A stretch of DNA of 64,000 nt from a virus (Duplodnaviria > Caudoviricetes): IMG/VR virus record IMGVR_UViG_2915650412_000004, positions 1 to 64,000 of that record; one strand, 5' to 3'. This document shows, piece after piece, positions 43,140-52,170 of the stretch (its first letter is position 1; the number at the start of each line of letters is the position of its first letter). The notes beneath the pieces are model-generated. The model was not told the origin of the DNA and searched no databases. It saw only the letters and a program-made list of their open reading frames with translations. Both the position numbers and the translations under genes were made by a program.

Positions 43140-43502
43140 ATGAGCTTGAGAGTCATCGAAGTGCTGGATATTGGAAGAGATTTTACACTGACGCCTGGTG
43201 CTCGGTATAAAAAGCATGGAGATTTTTCTGGCGAAGAATTTCGAACTAAACTTCTGGCTCCTGCTTTGCGGCGTGTAATCAATGCCGACGGGGTTCTGAA
43301 TGTTGTCATTGATACTGTGAAAAGAAGCTATCTGGTTTCTTTTTTAGACGAAGCTTTTGGCGGTTTAATAAGAGACGAAGGCTTTTCTCTAGAGCAAACA
43401 AATCAGCATTTAAATATTGTAAGCTCGAATAAGCGATTCGAGAAATATAGAATACTAGCAAAAAACTATATTCTCCGGGCATCTGAAGAGCATGCCAAGT
43501 AA
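43140..43502 (+). CDS. STAS-like (DUF4325-like) protein
   Basis: GARY...SGEEFRTKLL...SFLDEAFGGL. Confidence 0.78.
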   Translation: MSLRVIEVLDIGRDFTLTPGARYKKHGDFSGEEFRTKLLAPALRRVINADGVLNVVIDTVKRSYLVSFLDEAFGGLIRDEGFSLEQTNQHLNIVSSNKRFEKYRILAKNYILRASEEHAK

Positions 43503-43977
43503 CATTAGCCCAATTTTGCCAATTGTTAGTTTGCTGAGCGCATTTATAGGAGCCGCCGCTGCACTCTTTGGTCACCGCTGGCGTTACCGTGCAGATTACC
43601 GAAATCATTTGGTTACACAACTTATCACCACAATTACCAATGTTGCGGATCTTTCAACCGATTATTGGCTCATGGAAATACATTCTCCAAGCTCTGCTAA
43701 CGCATTGGAGCAAGCTAAGATCGAGGCAAAAATAGAAGGCTTGGTCGAAAAACTGGACGGCAGTATTGAAATAGTTCGACCGCACTTGAGCAAAATTGAT
43801 ATGTTGGGAATTGATATTCCTGCATCTAGGTTTGTTGATGCCTTAACCGGTGGTCAGTTCTCTGTGCCAGCTCGTGCTCAAGATGCTGAACGTGCAAAAG
43901 AGGCACAGGCAGCTGCGGCCTTCTTGATATTGGAGATATCTAAAGCTGCGAATCGTCGAGTACTTGGCATTATGTAG
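43492..43977 (+). CDS. Membrane-anchored hypothetical protein
   Basis: N-terminal TM (ILPIVSLLSAFIGAAAALFG); overlaps the STAS gene. Confidence 0.7.
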   Translation: MPSNISPILPIVSLLSAFIGAAAALFGHRWRYRADYRNHLVTQLITTITNVADLSTDYWLMEIHSPSSANALEQAKIEAKIEGLVEKLDGSIEIVRPHLSKIDMLGIDIPASRFVDALTGGQFSVPARAQDAERAKEAQAAAAFLILEISKAANRRVLGIM

Positions 43978-44103
43978 AAGTTAATATTGGAAATTCTAGT
44001 ACTAACTTTAGATAGGCTTTAACCAACACGGTATTACTGACTTGTGCTCTTAAAGCATTCCAGTTCCAACCGATTGCGGAATTCAGCTATCGCGGTCATG
44101 AAG

Positions 44104-44460
44104 CTACATCGATATGTCGTTAAGCTGCCAGCTATTACCTTCAGGCATATAAGTCACGTCAGCGCGGTATTGAGTTCTCAATTTCGCTCCGAACGAGTTT
44201 TCAGCATCCACGTAGGCATTTACGGTGTATTTGCACCTATCGCGCTCAACCACGCTCACACCGTCAGAATTCGTGCCCCATGGGAATGAGGCTGTGGCGG
44301 GTGCTTTGAGGCGCTTCTTTACGAATTCCTGAGAGATCACGAAGGCCATGGTCTTTGAACCACATGCGTTCGGGTCTTTTCTCTTATTCACCTCGCTATA
44401 CAACCACGCTGCACCGATAATTGTGGCCAGGACTACGATTGCCTTACGTCTTTGCCCCAT
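44104..44460 (-). CDS. Membrane-anchored hypothetical protein
   Basis: N-terminal TM; VKKRLKAPATASFP...VDAENSFGAKLR. Confidence 0.75.
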   Translation of the reverse strand: MGQRRKAIVVLATIIGAAWLYSEVNKRKDPNACGSKTMAFVISQEFVKKRLKAPATASFPWGTNSDGVSVVERDRCKYTVNAYVDAENSFGAKLRTQYRADVTYMPEGNSWQLNDISM

Positions 44461-44489
44461 GAAATCCCCCGGTTGAACGGGCTTTCCAT

Positions 44490-44850
44490 AGCATAGGCAA
44501 GCCTTGCCCCGAAAGGGGAGACTTTAACTTGAATTTTACGATGATTTCGGTAAGGGTATTCGCGGAGCCTGAGAACTCCCGAAGCCGTCCCTTGCCGGGG
44601 ATGGGCTTCATCCGCGATAGGAACAGATCAGCCTTGCCGGGCATGATGTGTTCCGAATTACGACGCGCCCCTTTGCCGTGGGCGTGACCGGCACACTATT
44701 GCCGGGAGTGCCACGGTGCGTCAAGAGGAATCTTGACCTCAATAAAGAAGGCCATGGCGCATGTTCTCGCGGACATGTTCTCAGACTCCCGGCGCCAGTG
44801 CTGATCACTGGTTCACCCGACACGAAAGCCCTGAGAAGCGGACGTGTTCG
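44490..44850 (+). promoter_or_regulatory. Structured leader resembling ash/C4-type immunity regions
   Basis: TTGCC(G/C) repeated five times, GCCGGGAG (44701)/CTCCCGGC (44786) pairing, CCTGAGAA repeated at ~44566 and ~44830. Confidence 0.4.
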
Positions 44851-44869
44851 GTTTTACCGCGAGACCACA

Positions 44870-45139
44870 ATGATTCACCCAGATATTGCGCCTGCCATGA
44901 GTGCGGGCATTTTCCTACAATTCGTCAGGCGAAGCATCGCGGACGAAATTGAGCGCTTGATTTCCATCCTAGATCAGATCGACGGCGACGCCGATCTAGA
45001 ACCGTCATTGGGCGAATACAGCCCGTTCGGCGTGGATGTTGAATGCGACAATAGCGACCTTGAACCAGATGAAGAGGGCGGCTTTGACGAAGAGCCATAC
45101 GACGGCTTTGCCCGCGAGTATTGGGAGGCGCGGGCATGA
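44870..45139 (+). CDS. Acidic hypothetical protein
   Basis: IERLISILDQIDGDADLEPSLG; may be the C-terminal part of a longer ash-like ORF from 44648. Confidence 0.6.
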   Translation: MIHPDIAPAMSAGIFLQFVRRSIADEIERLISILDQIDGDADLEPSLGEYSPFGVDVECDNSDLEPDEEGGFDEEPYDGFAREYWEARA

Positions 45140-45372
45140 GCAGCGTCCACAAAGACAGCAATAGGATTGTGATAGACGGCTACAACAGTCTGACAGCGGC
45201 TATATTCAGCGAAGATCGAATTTGTATCGAGGTCGATGACGAATCGGCTGGTGATACAGAAACGGGCTTTGGTGCGACAGCCCGCATTTATCTTTCGCCA
45301 GACGAAGCCATTGAACTTGGTTCTTGGTTGATTCAGGCGGGGACGACTGCCGGTAAAGGCGGTGCAGCATGA
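45136..45372 (+). CDS. Satellite hypothetical protein
   Basis: ATGA-coupled. Confidence 0.6.
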   Translation: MSSVHKDSNRIVIDGYNSLTAAIFSEDRICIEVDDESAGDTETGFGATARIYLSPDEAIELGSWLIQAGTTAGKGGAA

Positions 45373-45815
45373 CCGACCTTTGCCAACTGGAAGCAGCCCT
45401 TCACGACATTCGCCGATCAAACCAGATCATGGAAGTCCTGATCGAAAGCGTCTCAAGTAATGTCAAGGCGCTGATGTCGGTAGCGAATCTCCCTGCCGGG
45501 ATTACGGCTGACGATAGACTGCTCGAATTTGAGATCAATCGTCAGAGCAGGCATTGTGCCGACGCTGAAACGATCCTCGCAGGAATGCAGAAGCGTGAAC
45601 CCGAAACCGCGGCGAATGTGTTCCTCCTCAATTTGAAGCGCACCGACCTACAGGACGGCACCGAAATCATTCTCGCCGGGAAGCCGCATACCATATCGCG
45701 TTCCTTGATAGGTCCCGATTGGTGGGATTGTCGTCAGGACGGCGAACTCATGGCGTCATTCCCCGCCAGACACCTGTTGAAACATGCATGGGTGCAGGGT
45801 GCCAAGCGTCACTGA
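45369..45815 (+). CDS. Satellite hypothetical protein
   Basis: 148 aa, ATGA-coupled. Confidence 0.6.
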   Translation: MTDLCQLEAALHDIRRSNQIMEVLIESVSSNVKALMSVANLPAGITADDRLLEFEINRQSRHCADAETILAGMQKREPETAANVFLLNLKRTDLQDGTEIILAGKPHTISRSLIGPDWWDCRQDGELMASFPARHLLKHAWVQGAKRH

Positions 45816-45913
45816 CAGGGAAATCATTGCCCTTGCTATCCTGATCGGCGTTGTTCTCGCCGGTCAGGGCTTCAACGGAACAGAACACCTCATTTTACCT
45901 TGAAGGAGAGAAC

Positions 45914-46117
45914 ATGACACACGGGGAAGATAAAGCCGACCTGCTTTATGGGGCGCGGCCTATCGCGGATTTTCTAGGAATGACCGAGAAGCAGGCACGT
46001 CACAGGATTGATGACGGGCATATTCCAACTTTCCGCATTGGCGGCACGATCTGCTCAAGGAAGAGCACCCTGACAAAGTGGCTAGATGAAATGGAAGCGC
46101 AGGAGGCGCGGAAATAA
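45914..46117 (+). CDS. AlpA/excisionase-like HTH protein (paralog of 31496-31702)
   Basis: ADLLYGARPIADFL...TFRIGGTICSRKSTLTKW; coupled to the integrase. Confidence 0.82.
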   Translation: MTHGEDKADLLYGARPIADFLGMTEKQARHRIDDGHIPTFRIGGTICSRKSTLTKWLDEMEAQEARK

Positions 46118-47313
46118 TGGCGAGCGTTCGAAAACGCGAGTGGGAATACAACGGCGCTAAAAAAACAGCGTGGGTGGTAAATTACACCGATCTGGACGGA
46201 AAGCGCCGACTGAAGACATTCGAGAAGAAGAAAGACGCAGATGCTTATCGAGCCAAGGTCGAGGTCGAAGTTGAAGCCGGTTTGCATACCCCGGCGAGTT
46301 CCAAGCGCACAGTCAAGCAGGTTGCCGAGGAATACATCAAGAACTTGGAGTCGCGGTTGGCCGATGGCCGCATCAGCCTCGGATATCTGAAATGCTCAAA
46401 AAGCCGCATCGACAAGCATGTGGTGCCGTTTTTTGGACAGCGGATGTTCGATGAACTGAGCTTAGCGGACTTTGAGGGCTTCTATGATCACCTCGTTACC
46501 AAGGCCGGCAATGCGCCGTTCACAGCGAAAGAAATAATTGCACAGGTAGCCACTATGGAGAAATTCGCAGCTAAGCGCACGATTCCGACGAAATATGCTG
46601 CACGAGAAATGGTCGAAGAATTACGCGGGGTCAAAAGAGGAAAGATTGATACCTTCACCCGCGAACAGGCTATCGCCATTCTTGAAGCTTCTAAGGTGCG
46701 CGAACGGCACCGACAAGCGCGCAATCAAAAGCTTATAGAACTCATGGTGCATTTAGCCGCCATATGCGGCATGAGGCTTGGCGAAATCACTGGATTGAAA
46801 TTGCCCCACGTTAATCTGGAACGGCGGGTGCTAGAGGTCCGGCACAGTATGCAGCCGAATGGTGAGTTGAAAGCCCCCAAAACCAAATCCGGTATACGTG
46901 ATATACCGATGCCAGACGCAATCCACACCATGTTCAAAGAATGGCTGGAACGTTACTATATCCAAAATGACCGGGAGCTTGTTTTCCTGACCTATAACGG
47001 CGGCCCTATGCATCGTCTCGATATCCACCGGCAATGGGTTGATTTGCTCAAGCGGTCGGGCGTGGGTGAAAATGGTCCGTCAGGAACACGATATCATTTT
47101 CATGCCCTTCGCCATTTTGCTGCCAGCTGGATGGTCGATAACAATCTGCCGGTTACTGATGTGGCTCATATTTTAGGGCACAGCAAGTTCGATATGACCC
47201 TACAAGTTTACGCGCATCCATTGCGTGACCAGCGGGAGCGTCACAATGCAATGCAGAATCTTGCTGCCGGATTGCAGCCGTCGGCGCGACAAGAGAGCGA
47301 CAAAGCCGCTTAA
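46117..47313 (+). CDS. int: Tyrosine integrase (satellite)
   Basis: GMRLGEITGL, PKTKSG, FHALRH, LGHSKFDMTLQVYAH (R-K-H-R-H-Y). Confidence 0.95.
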   Translation: MASVRKREWEYNGAKKTAWVVNYTDLDGKRRLKTFEKKKDADAYRAKVEVEVEAGLHTPASSKRTVKQVAEEYIKNLESRLADGRISLGYLKCSKSRIDKHVVPFFGQRMFDELSLADFEGFYDHLVTKAGNAPFTAKEIIAQVATMEKFAAKRTIPTKYAAREMVEELRGVKRGKIDTFTREQAIAILEASKVRERHRQARNQKLIELMVHLAAICGMRLGEITGLKLPHVNLERRVLEVRHSMQPNGELKAPKTKSGIRDIPMPDAIHTMFKEWLERYYIQNDRELVFLTYNGGPMHRLDIHRQWVDLLKRSGVGENGPSGTRYHFHALRHFAASWMVDNNLPVTDVAHILGHSKFDMTLQVYAHPLRDQRERHNAMQNLAAGLQPSARQESDKAA

Positions 47314-47333
47314 ATCGCTGATTTCATTGGCAC

Positions 47334-47354
47334 TCAACAACATGATCACCATAA
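47334..47354 (+). repeat. attR core TCAACAACATGATCACCATAA
   Basis: Followed by CCTGGTAG, the displaced terL end (ITITW-stop), then the portal RBS. Confidence 0.92.
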
Positions 47355-47370
47355 CCTGGTAGGAGTGCCC

Positions 47371-48609
47371 ATGGGCCTTTTGACTTGGGTCGGGAAGCCT
47401 TTCGGGCTTCTTTCCGGCCCATGGCGCGCATTCTTTGGAATGTCGACCACAAGCGGCGAAACGGTCACTTATGAACACGCGATGCAGCTTGATGCTGTCT
47501 GGGCGTGTGTGAACCTGATTTCAAATGCCGTGAAAACGCTACCCTGTAATGTCTACAAGGGCGATGGCGTTGACGTCGACCGCGAGAATCCGCTGTACGA
47601 ACTGCTGCACGACCTGCCGAACCTGGACGACAGCGCGTCTGATTTCTGGGGTATGGCGGCCCTCTGCCTCTGCCTTGATGGCAACTTCTTCGCCGAAAAG
47701 AAGAAAAATGGCGACCGGCTGGTAGCGCTGAACCCGTTCAATCCGCTTTGCGTCGATGTAAAGCGCGATGATCGAAATAACCGCTATTACGAGGTCACCG
47801 AGCAGTACAAGAATGGAAAGAAGGGCGGCGTCCGTAAAATCCGTGAAGAGGACATGCTTCATGTCCGCGGATTGGTCATGCCTGGCTGTGATCGTGGGCT
47901 TTCGCCAATTGCCGCGCAGCGCAATGTGATCGGTAACGCCATGGCCGGCGAGAAGACGTCGGGCCGTATGTTCAAGAACGGCATGATGGCTTCGGTCGTC
48001 TTGTCGTCAGAACAGGTTCTGAAGCCCGATCAGCGCAAGCAGATTGCGGAATCGTTGCAGGCATTTGCCGGTGCCGACAAGGCAGGAGGGATTGCGGTGC
48101 TTGAGGCGGGTCTCACCCCGTCGCAGATCACCATCAATCCAAAAGATGCGCAGATGCTTGAGACGCGGCAGTACAGCGTCGAGCAGATATGCCGCATCTT
48201 CGGCGTTCCGCCGGTCATGATTGGCCATGCCGCGAATGGCACAACGACTTGGGGCAGCGGCATCGAGCAATTGATCCTGCAGTTCACCAAGACCTGCCTC
48301 ACGCCCATGCTCAGAAGCATTGAATCGGCAATCTACCGCGACTTGCTTGATGCAAAGACCCGCAAAACGACCGTCGTTAAGTTCAATATGGAAGGCCTGC
48401 TGCGCGGCGATAGCCAGGCGAGGGCGGAATTCCTGCAGAAGATGGTTCAGAACGGCATCTACACGCCGAATGAAGCAAGAGCTTACGAGAACAAGCCAAA
48501 GATGGACGGCGGCGACGAACTGATCGTCAACGGCACCATGCAGCCTCTGTCCATGGTCGGACACAACGGCGGGCCTCCGCTGGATGATGCACAGCCAAGC
48601 GCTGGATAA
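47371..48609 (+). CDS. HK97-family portal protein
   Basis: AVWACVNLIS, GNFFA, GLSPI, ICRIFGVPP, TPNEAR; ATG 47371 after AGGAG. Confidence 0.93.
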   Translation: MGLLTWVGKPFGLLSGPWRAFFGMSTTSGETVTYEHAMQLDAVWACVNLISNAVKTLPCNVYKGDGVDVDRENPLYELLHDLPNLDDSASDFWGMAALCLCLDGNFFAEKKKNGDRLVALNPFNPLCVDVKRDDRNNRYYEVTEQYKNGKKGGVRKIREEDMLHVRGLVMPGCDRGLSPIAAQRNVIGNAMAGEKTSGRMFKNGMMASVVLSSEQVLKPDQRKQIAESLQAFAGADKAGGIAVLEAGLTPSQITINPKDAQMLETRQYSVEQICRIFGVPPVMIGHAANGTTTWGSGIEQLILQFTKTCLTPMLRSIESAIYRDLLDAKTRKTTVVKFNMEGLLRGDSQARAEFLQKMVQNGIYTPNEARAYENKPKMDGGDELIVNGTMQPLSMVGHNGGPPLDDAQPSAG

Positions 48610-48618
48610 GGGAAATTC

Positions 48619-49734
48619 ATGAAATTCGAACACATTTTGACGGCCTTCGAGGCCGAACCGTGGGCGATTCAGCGCGAAAAACTAGCCGTTTTGGCTGATG
48701 TTCTTGCGGCACGTGTGGCGGGCGACAAGCTCGTCACACCTGAATTTGCAGCGGCTGTTTCCGATGCTCGCGCAAAGGAAATCGCTGAAATTGACGGCAA
48801 GGTCGCAGTGATCCCGGTTTATGGCGTATTGGCCGACCGAATGGATCTGTTTTCCGCGATGAGTGGTGGCACGTCCTATGCCGGTATCAAGCGTCAACTG
48901 CACAAGGCACTGTCCAACGAGGATGTGAAAGCCGTTGTTCTTGATATTGATAGTCCTGGCGGCTCGGTACCGGGCACGGATGAACTCGCAACGGAAATTC
49001 GCAAACTGCGCGGCGGTGAAAAGCCTATCATAGCGCAGGTCAACTCGCTGGCTGCGAGTGCTGCCTACTGGATCGCGTCGTCTGCCGACGAAATCGTTGT
49101 CACGCCGTCCGGACGTGCAGGGTCGATCGGTGTCTATACGGCACACGACGATATCTCTGCCGCATTGGAAAAGGCTGGCGTCAAGCGCACCTACATTTCG
49201 GCAGGTAAGCACAAGGTCGAAGGCAACGAAACCGAACCACTCGGCAAAGACACGCTGGCCTACATTCAGGACAGCGTAAACCGCTCCTATGGCCGGTTTT
49301 TGCAGAGCGTTGCCGATGGGCGTGGCGTTACGAAATCCAAAGTCGAAGACGGATTTGGTCAGGGGAGGGTGTTCTACTCTGAGGCGCTCATAGACCGGGG
49401 TATGGCAGACCGTATTGCCACACTTGACGAGACCTTGGCCCGACTGGGCGCGAACACCGAGCCGGAGTACGTCCGCCGCGTAAAGGCGTCCAACGCCGCA
49501 AAGGCAGAAGCCGCGCAATTGCTGTCCAACAAGATGGCCTCCGGCGAAGAAATTACAAAACGCGAATTCGAAAACGGCCTGAAGGGTCTTCTTGGTCTTT
49601 CGAATTCGGAGGCAGAGCGGGCCGCTCGGCTCTACCTCAGGTCTGATCAGGGGGCTCCTGATGGCGACGCGGATGCTGCCGCTTTGGCAGCGGTCACACG
49701 GCTGATTGCCGAAGCAAAGACATTCAAAATCTAA
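48619..49734 (+). CDS. S49-family prohead protease
   Basis: LDIDSPGG, AASAAYWIAS, GSIGV. Confidence 0.9.
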   Translation: MKFEHILTAFEAEPWAIQREKLAVLADVLAARVAGDKLVTPEFAAAVSDARAKEIAEIDGKVAVIPVYGVLADRMDLFSAMSGGTSYAGIKRQLHKALSNEDVKAVVLDIDSPGGSVPGTDELATEIRKLRGGEKPIIAQVNSLAASAAYWIASSADEIVVTPSGRAGSIGVYTAHDDISAALEKAGVKRTYISAGKHKVEGNETEPLGKDTLAYIQDSVNRSYGRFLQSVADGRGVTKSKVEDGFGQGRVFYSEALIDRGMADRIATLDETLARLGANTEPEYVRRVKASNAAKAEAAQLLSNKMASGEEITKREFENGLKGLLGLSNSEAERAARLYLRSDQGAPDGDADAAALAAVTRLIAEAKTFKI

Positions 49735-49750
49735 ATCACAGGAGCCATTC

Positions 49751-50962
49751 ATGGCTGAACTAGCAGAACGCATTGGCGAGCTGGGTGCTTCGCTCGCCTC
49801 CATTAAAGAGCAGGTCGGCAATCTTGCAACCGATTTCACTACGAAGCTTTCTGCCGCTGGCGAAGTTTCCACCGAGCTGAAAGATAAGGTCGACAAGGCG
49901 CTTTCCGAACTTGGCGATACCACGACCCGTATTGGCGAACTGGAAAAGCGTGCCGCTCGTGAACGCGACGACGTTGCACAGGGTCCACAGGACGTTGGCG
50001 ATATTGTCGTGGCGTCTGAAAAGTTCAAGTCGACCGACGTATCCGGCGCATGGCGCGGTTCGATCCGCGTCGGTATGGAGCGCGCGGACATTACGTCCGG
50101 CAATACCACCGTTGGCGCCGGTCGTTCGGCGGGAACCTCGCTTGTCCCAGGGCAGCGCGTGCCAGGCATCATTGCCCCGCCTAATCGCCAGCTGACGATC
50201 CGCGACCTTATTGCTCCGGGCCAGACCTCGGCTGCGAGTGTTGAGTTCGTCAAGGAAACCGGCTTTACGAACAGCGCGGCTCCGGTCGCAGAAGGCACGC
50301 AGAAGCCCAAGTCTGATCTGACCTTCGATATGGAAACCACGCCTGTTCGCACGCTGGCCCATATCTTCAAGGCAAGCCGTCAGATCCTCGACGACGCTCC
50401 GGGGCTTGCAAGCTATATCAACGCTCGCGGCACGTACGGGCTCAAGTTCGTTGAAGAAGGCCAGCTTCTGAACGGTGACGGTACTGGTCAGAACCTGCAC
50501 GGCATTCTCCCGCAGGCATCGGCCTTCGCTCCGGCATTCACTCCGGAGAATGAAACGGCAATTGACCGCCTTCGCCTTGCAATCCTGCAGGTCATTCTGG
50601 CCGAATATCCGGCGAGCGGCTTCGTTCTGCATCCAACCGATTGGACCAAGATCGAGCTGACCAAGGATCTTGGCGGCAACTATATCGTTGGCAATGCCCA
50701 GTCTCCGATCGGTCCTTCGCTGTGGAATCTGCCGGTCGTCCAGACTCAGGCACTTTCTGCGGGCAAGTTCCTGACCGGTGCGTTCAATCTCGGTGCGCAG
50801 ATTTTCGACCGCATGGGCATCGAAGTTCTGATGTCGAGCGAGAACGTGGACGACTTCGAAAAGAACATGTTCACGATCCGTATCGAAGAGCGCCTTGCGC
50901 TGGCGGTTTACCGTCCAGAGGCATTCGTTACCGGCGACGTCAATCCGCCTGTAACTCCTTAA
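49751..50962 (+). CDS. HK97-fold major capsid protein (helper, 403 aa)
   Basis: Coiled-coil delta domain then the HK97 core; ATG 49751 after GGAG. Confidence 0.95.
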   Translation: MAELAERIGELGASLASIKEQVGNLATDFTTKLSAAGEVSTELKDKVDKALSELGDTTTRIGELEKRAARERDDVAQGPQDVGDIVVASEKFKSTDVSGAWRGSIRVGMERADITSGNTTVGAGRSAGTSLVPGQRVPGIIAPPNRQLTIRDLIAPGQTSAASVEFVKETGFTNSAAPVAEGTQKPKSDLTFDMETTPVRTLAHIFKASRQILDDAPGLASYINARGTYGLKFVEEGQLLNGDGTGQNLHGILPQASAFAPAFTPENETAIDRLRLAILQVILAEYPASGFVLHPTDWTKIELTKDLGGNYIVGNAQSPIGPSLWNLPVVQTQALSAGKFLTGAFNLGAQIFDRMGIEVLMSSENVDDFEKNMFTIRIEERLALAVYRPEAFVTGDVNPPVTP

Positions 50963-50970
50963 TCCTTGAT

Positions 50971-50998
50971 GGGGCGCTTCGGCGCCCCTCCTTTTTTC
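50971..50998 (+). terminator. Terminator after the capsid gene
   Basis: GGGGCGC-ttcg-GCGCCCC-tcc-TTTTTT. Confidence 0.65.
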
Positions 50999-51017
50999 AG
51001 AACCACGGGAGCCACGC

Positions 51018-51635
51018 ATGGCTGCACCAAAAATCAATAAGCGCCGTTTTGCCAGCTACCTTGGCGCTGGTGTTATCTCTCTTCCGTCTGTACCCGCCAA
51101 TACTGTCGCACCGGCCATTACAGGCACGGCACGTGTCGGACAGACGCTAACCGTTTCGAACGGCAGTTGGTCAGGCAGTCCATCGCCCACATTCTCACGT
51201 CAGTGGAAACGTGGCGCGACTAACATAGGTACAGGCGCAGCTACCTATACGCTGGTTGCAGCGGACGCAGGGCAGGTTATTACGTGTGTAGTCACTGCCA
51301 CAAACAGTGAAGGTTCGGCTAGCGCCACCAGCAATGCTACCGCATCTGTGACGCAGACCCCGGCTAATACCGCATTGCCAGCAATTACTGGTACGGCACA
51401 GGTGGGCGCTACTCTGACAGTGTCGAATGGCACTTGGACGGGCACTCCAACGCCGACCTACACGCGCCAGTGGAAAGCAGACGGAGCAAATATTAGTGCT
51501 GCGACCGCTGCAACCTACGTACTGACCGAAGCCGAACTAGGCAAGGTCATCACTTGTACCGTGACCGGCACGAATTCCGCAGGTAATGCGAGCGCCACTA
51601 GTGCCGCGACTGCTGCAGTTATTGCGGCAGCCTAA
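51018..51635 (+). CDS. Tandem Ig-like domain virion protein
   Basis: Two copies of ANT..PAITGTA.VG.TLTVSNG.W.G.P.P...RQWK. Confidence 0.75.
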   Translation: MAAPKINKRRFASYLGAGVISLPSVPANTVAPAITGTARVGQTLTVSNGSWSGSPSPTFSRQWKRGATNIGTGAATYTLVAADAGQVITCVVTATNSEGSASATSNATASVTQTPANTALPAITGTAQVGATLTVSNGTWTGTPTPTYTRQWKADGANISAATAATYVLTEAELGKVITCTVTGTNSAGNASATSAATAAVIAAA

Positions 51636-51637
51636 TC

Positions 51638-51970
51638 ATGGCACTGGTTGATCTCGAACTGCTGAAGAAACACCTTCGTGTGTTTCATGATGACGAAGAT
51701 GCTGAGCTTGAGGTCTATCTGGCTGCTGCGGAAACGATCGTCGTCGAATATGTCGACAGGGAGGTCGTGGTGACTGGCGCCACGCCAACCTTGTCGGATG
51801 GCATCGAGTTAACCCCGCCCATCACGGCAGCGATCTTGTTGGTTGCGGCTGACCTGTACGAGAACCGCGAGCCAGACATGAAGGCCGAAGGCAATGCCGT
51901 TCTGCCGCGTCACGTTCGGGCGTTACTCGCTCCATATCGGGTTTGGCGCACGCTGCTGGTGGAAGAATAA
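51638..51970 (+). CDS. Head-tail connector (HK97 gp6-like)
   Basis: LKKHLRV..DDEDAEL...AAILLVAADLYENRE. Confidence 0.88.
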   Translation: MALVDLELLKKHLRVFHDDEDAELEVYLAAAETIVVEYVDREVVVTGATPTLSDGIELTPPITAAILLVAADLYENREPDMKAEGNAVLPRHVRALLAPYRVWRTLLVEE

Positions 51971-52170
51971 TGCCCTGGCTCCACTTCACAGCCACTTACG
52001 ACTTCATCCCCAAGCCTGCGGTAACGATCCGCTATCCGGCTGGCTACATCGGCTTGGTGACCACGCCTTGCGCTAACCGCGCTGTTGCCGCTGGCAAAGC
52101 CGAGCGACTTCCAACTCCTACGAAAGACGAGGCCGAAGCATGGCGAAGCGCGCAGGTGCCGGCAGCCTGA
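51970..52170 (+). CDS. Small hypothetical virion-region protein
   Basis: MPWLHFTATYDF, coupled to the gp6 stop. Confidence 0.6.
   Translation: MPWLHFTATYDFIPKPAVTIRYPAGYIGLVTTPCANRAVAAGKAERLPTPTKDEAEAWRSAQVPAA

Larger units (their letters stand above)
31304..47354. mobile_element. Phage satellite (PICI-like, 16,030 bp between att repeats) integrated in the 3' end of terL
   Basis: 21-bp direct repeats at both ends, tyrosine integrase at the right end, xis/rep/ori, capsid paralog, HNH, terS, but no terL, portal, protease or tail tube. Confidence 0.92.

Noticed and set aside
44761-44782. LexA box in the satellite leader
   Set aside because: GTTC repeats are 10 nt apart, not 7
31304-47354. A second complete prophage or a cf-PICI
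   Set aside because: No terL, portal, protease, head-tail connectors or tail tube inside the att repeats, so it cannot build particles alone
48383-48393. Self-target of the CCCCAATTT/TCAATATGG guide in the portal gene (11 contiguous)
   Set aside because: The second spacer half does not match; chance level
48682-51037. Long reverse-strand ORFs (48682-50370, 49760-51037; also 29713-30975 and 19832-20842)
   Set aside because: Antisense shadows of well-supported genes with biased codon use; no motifs
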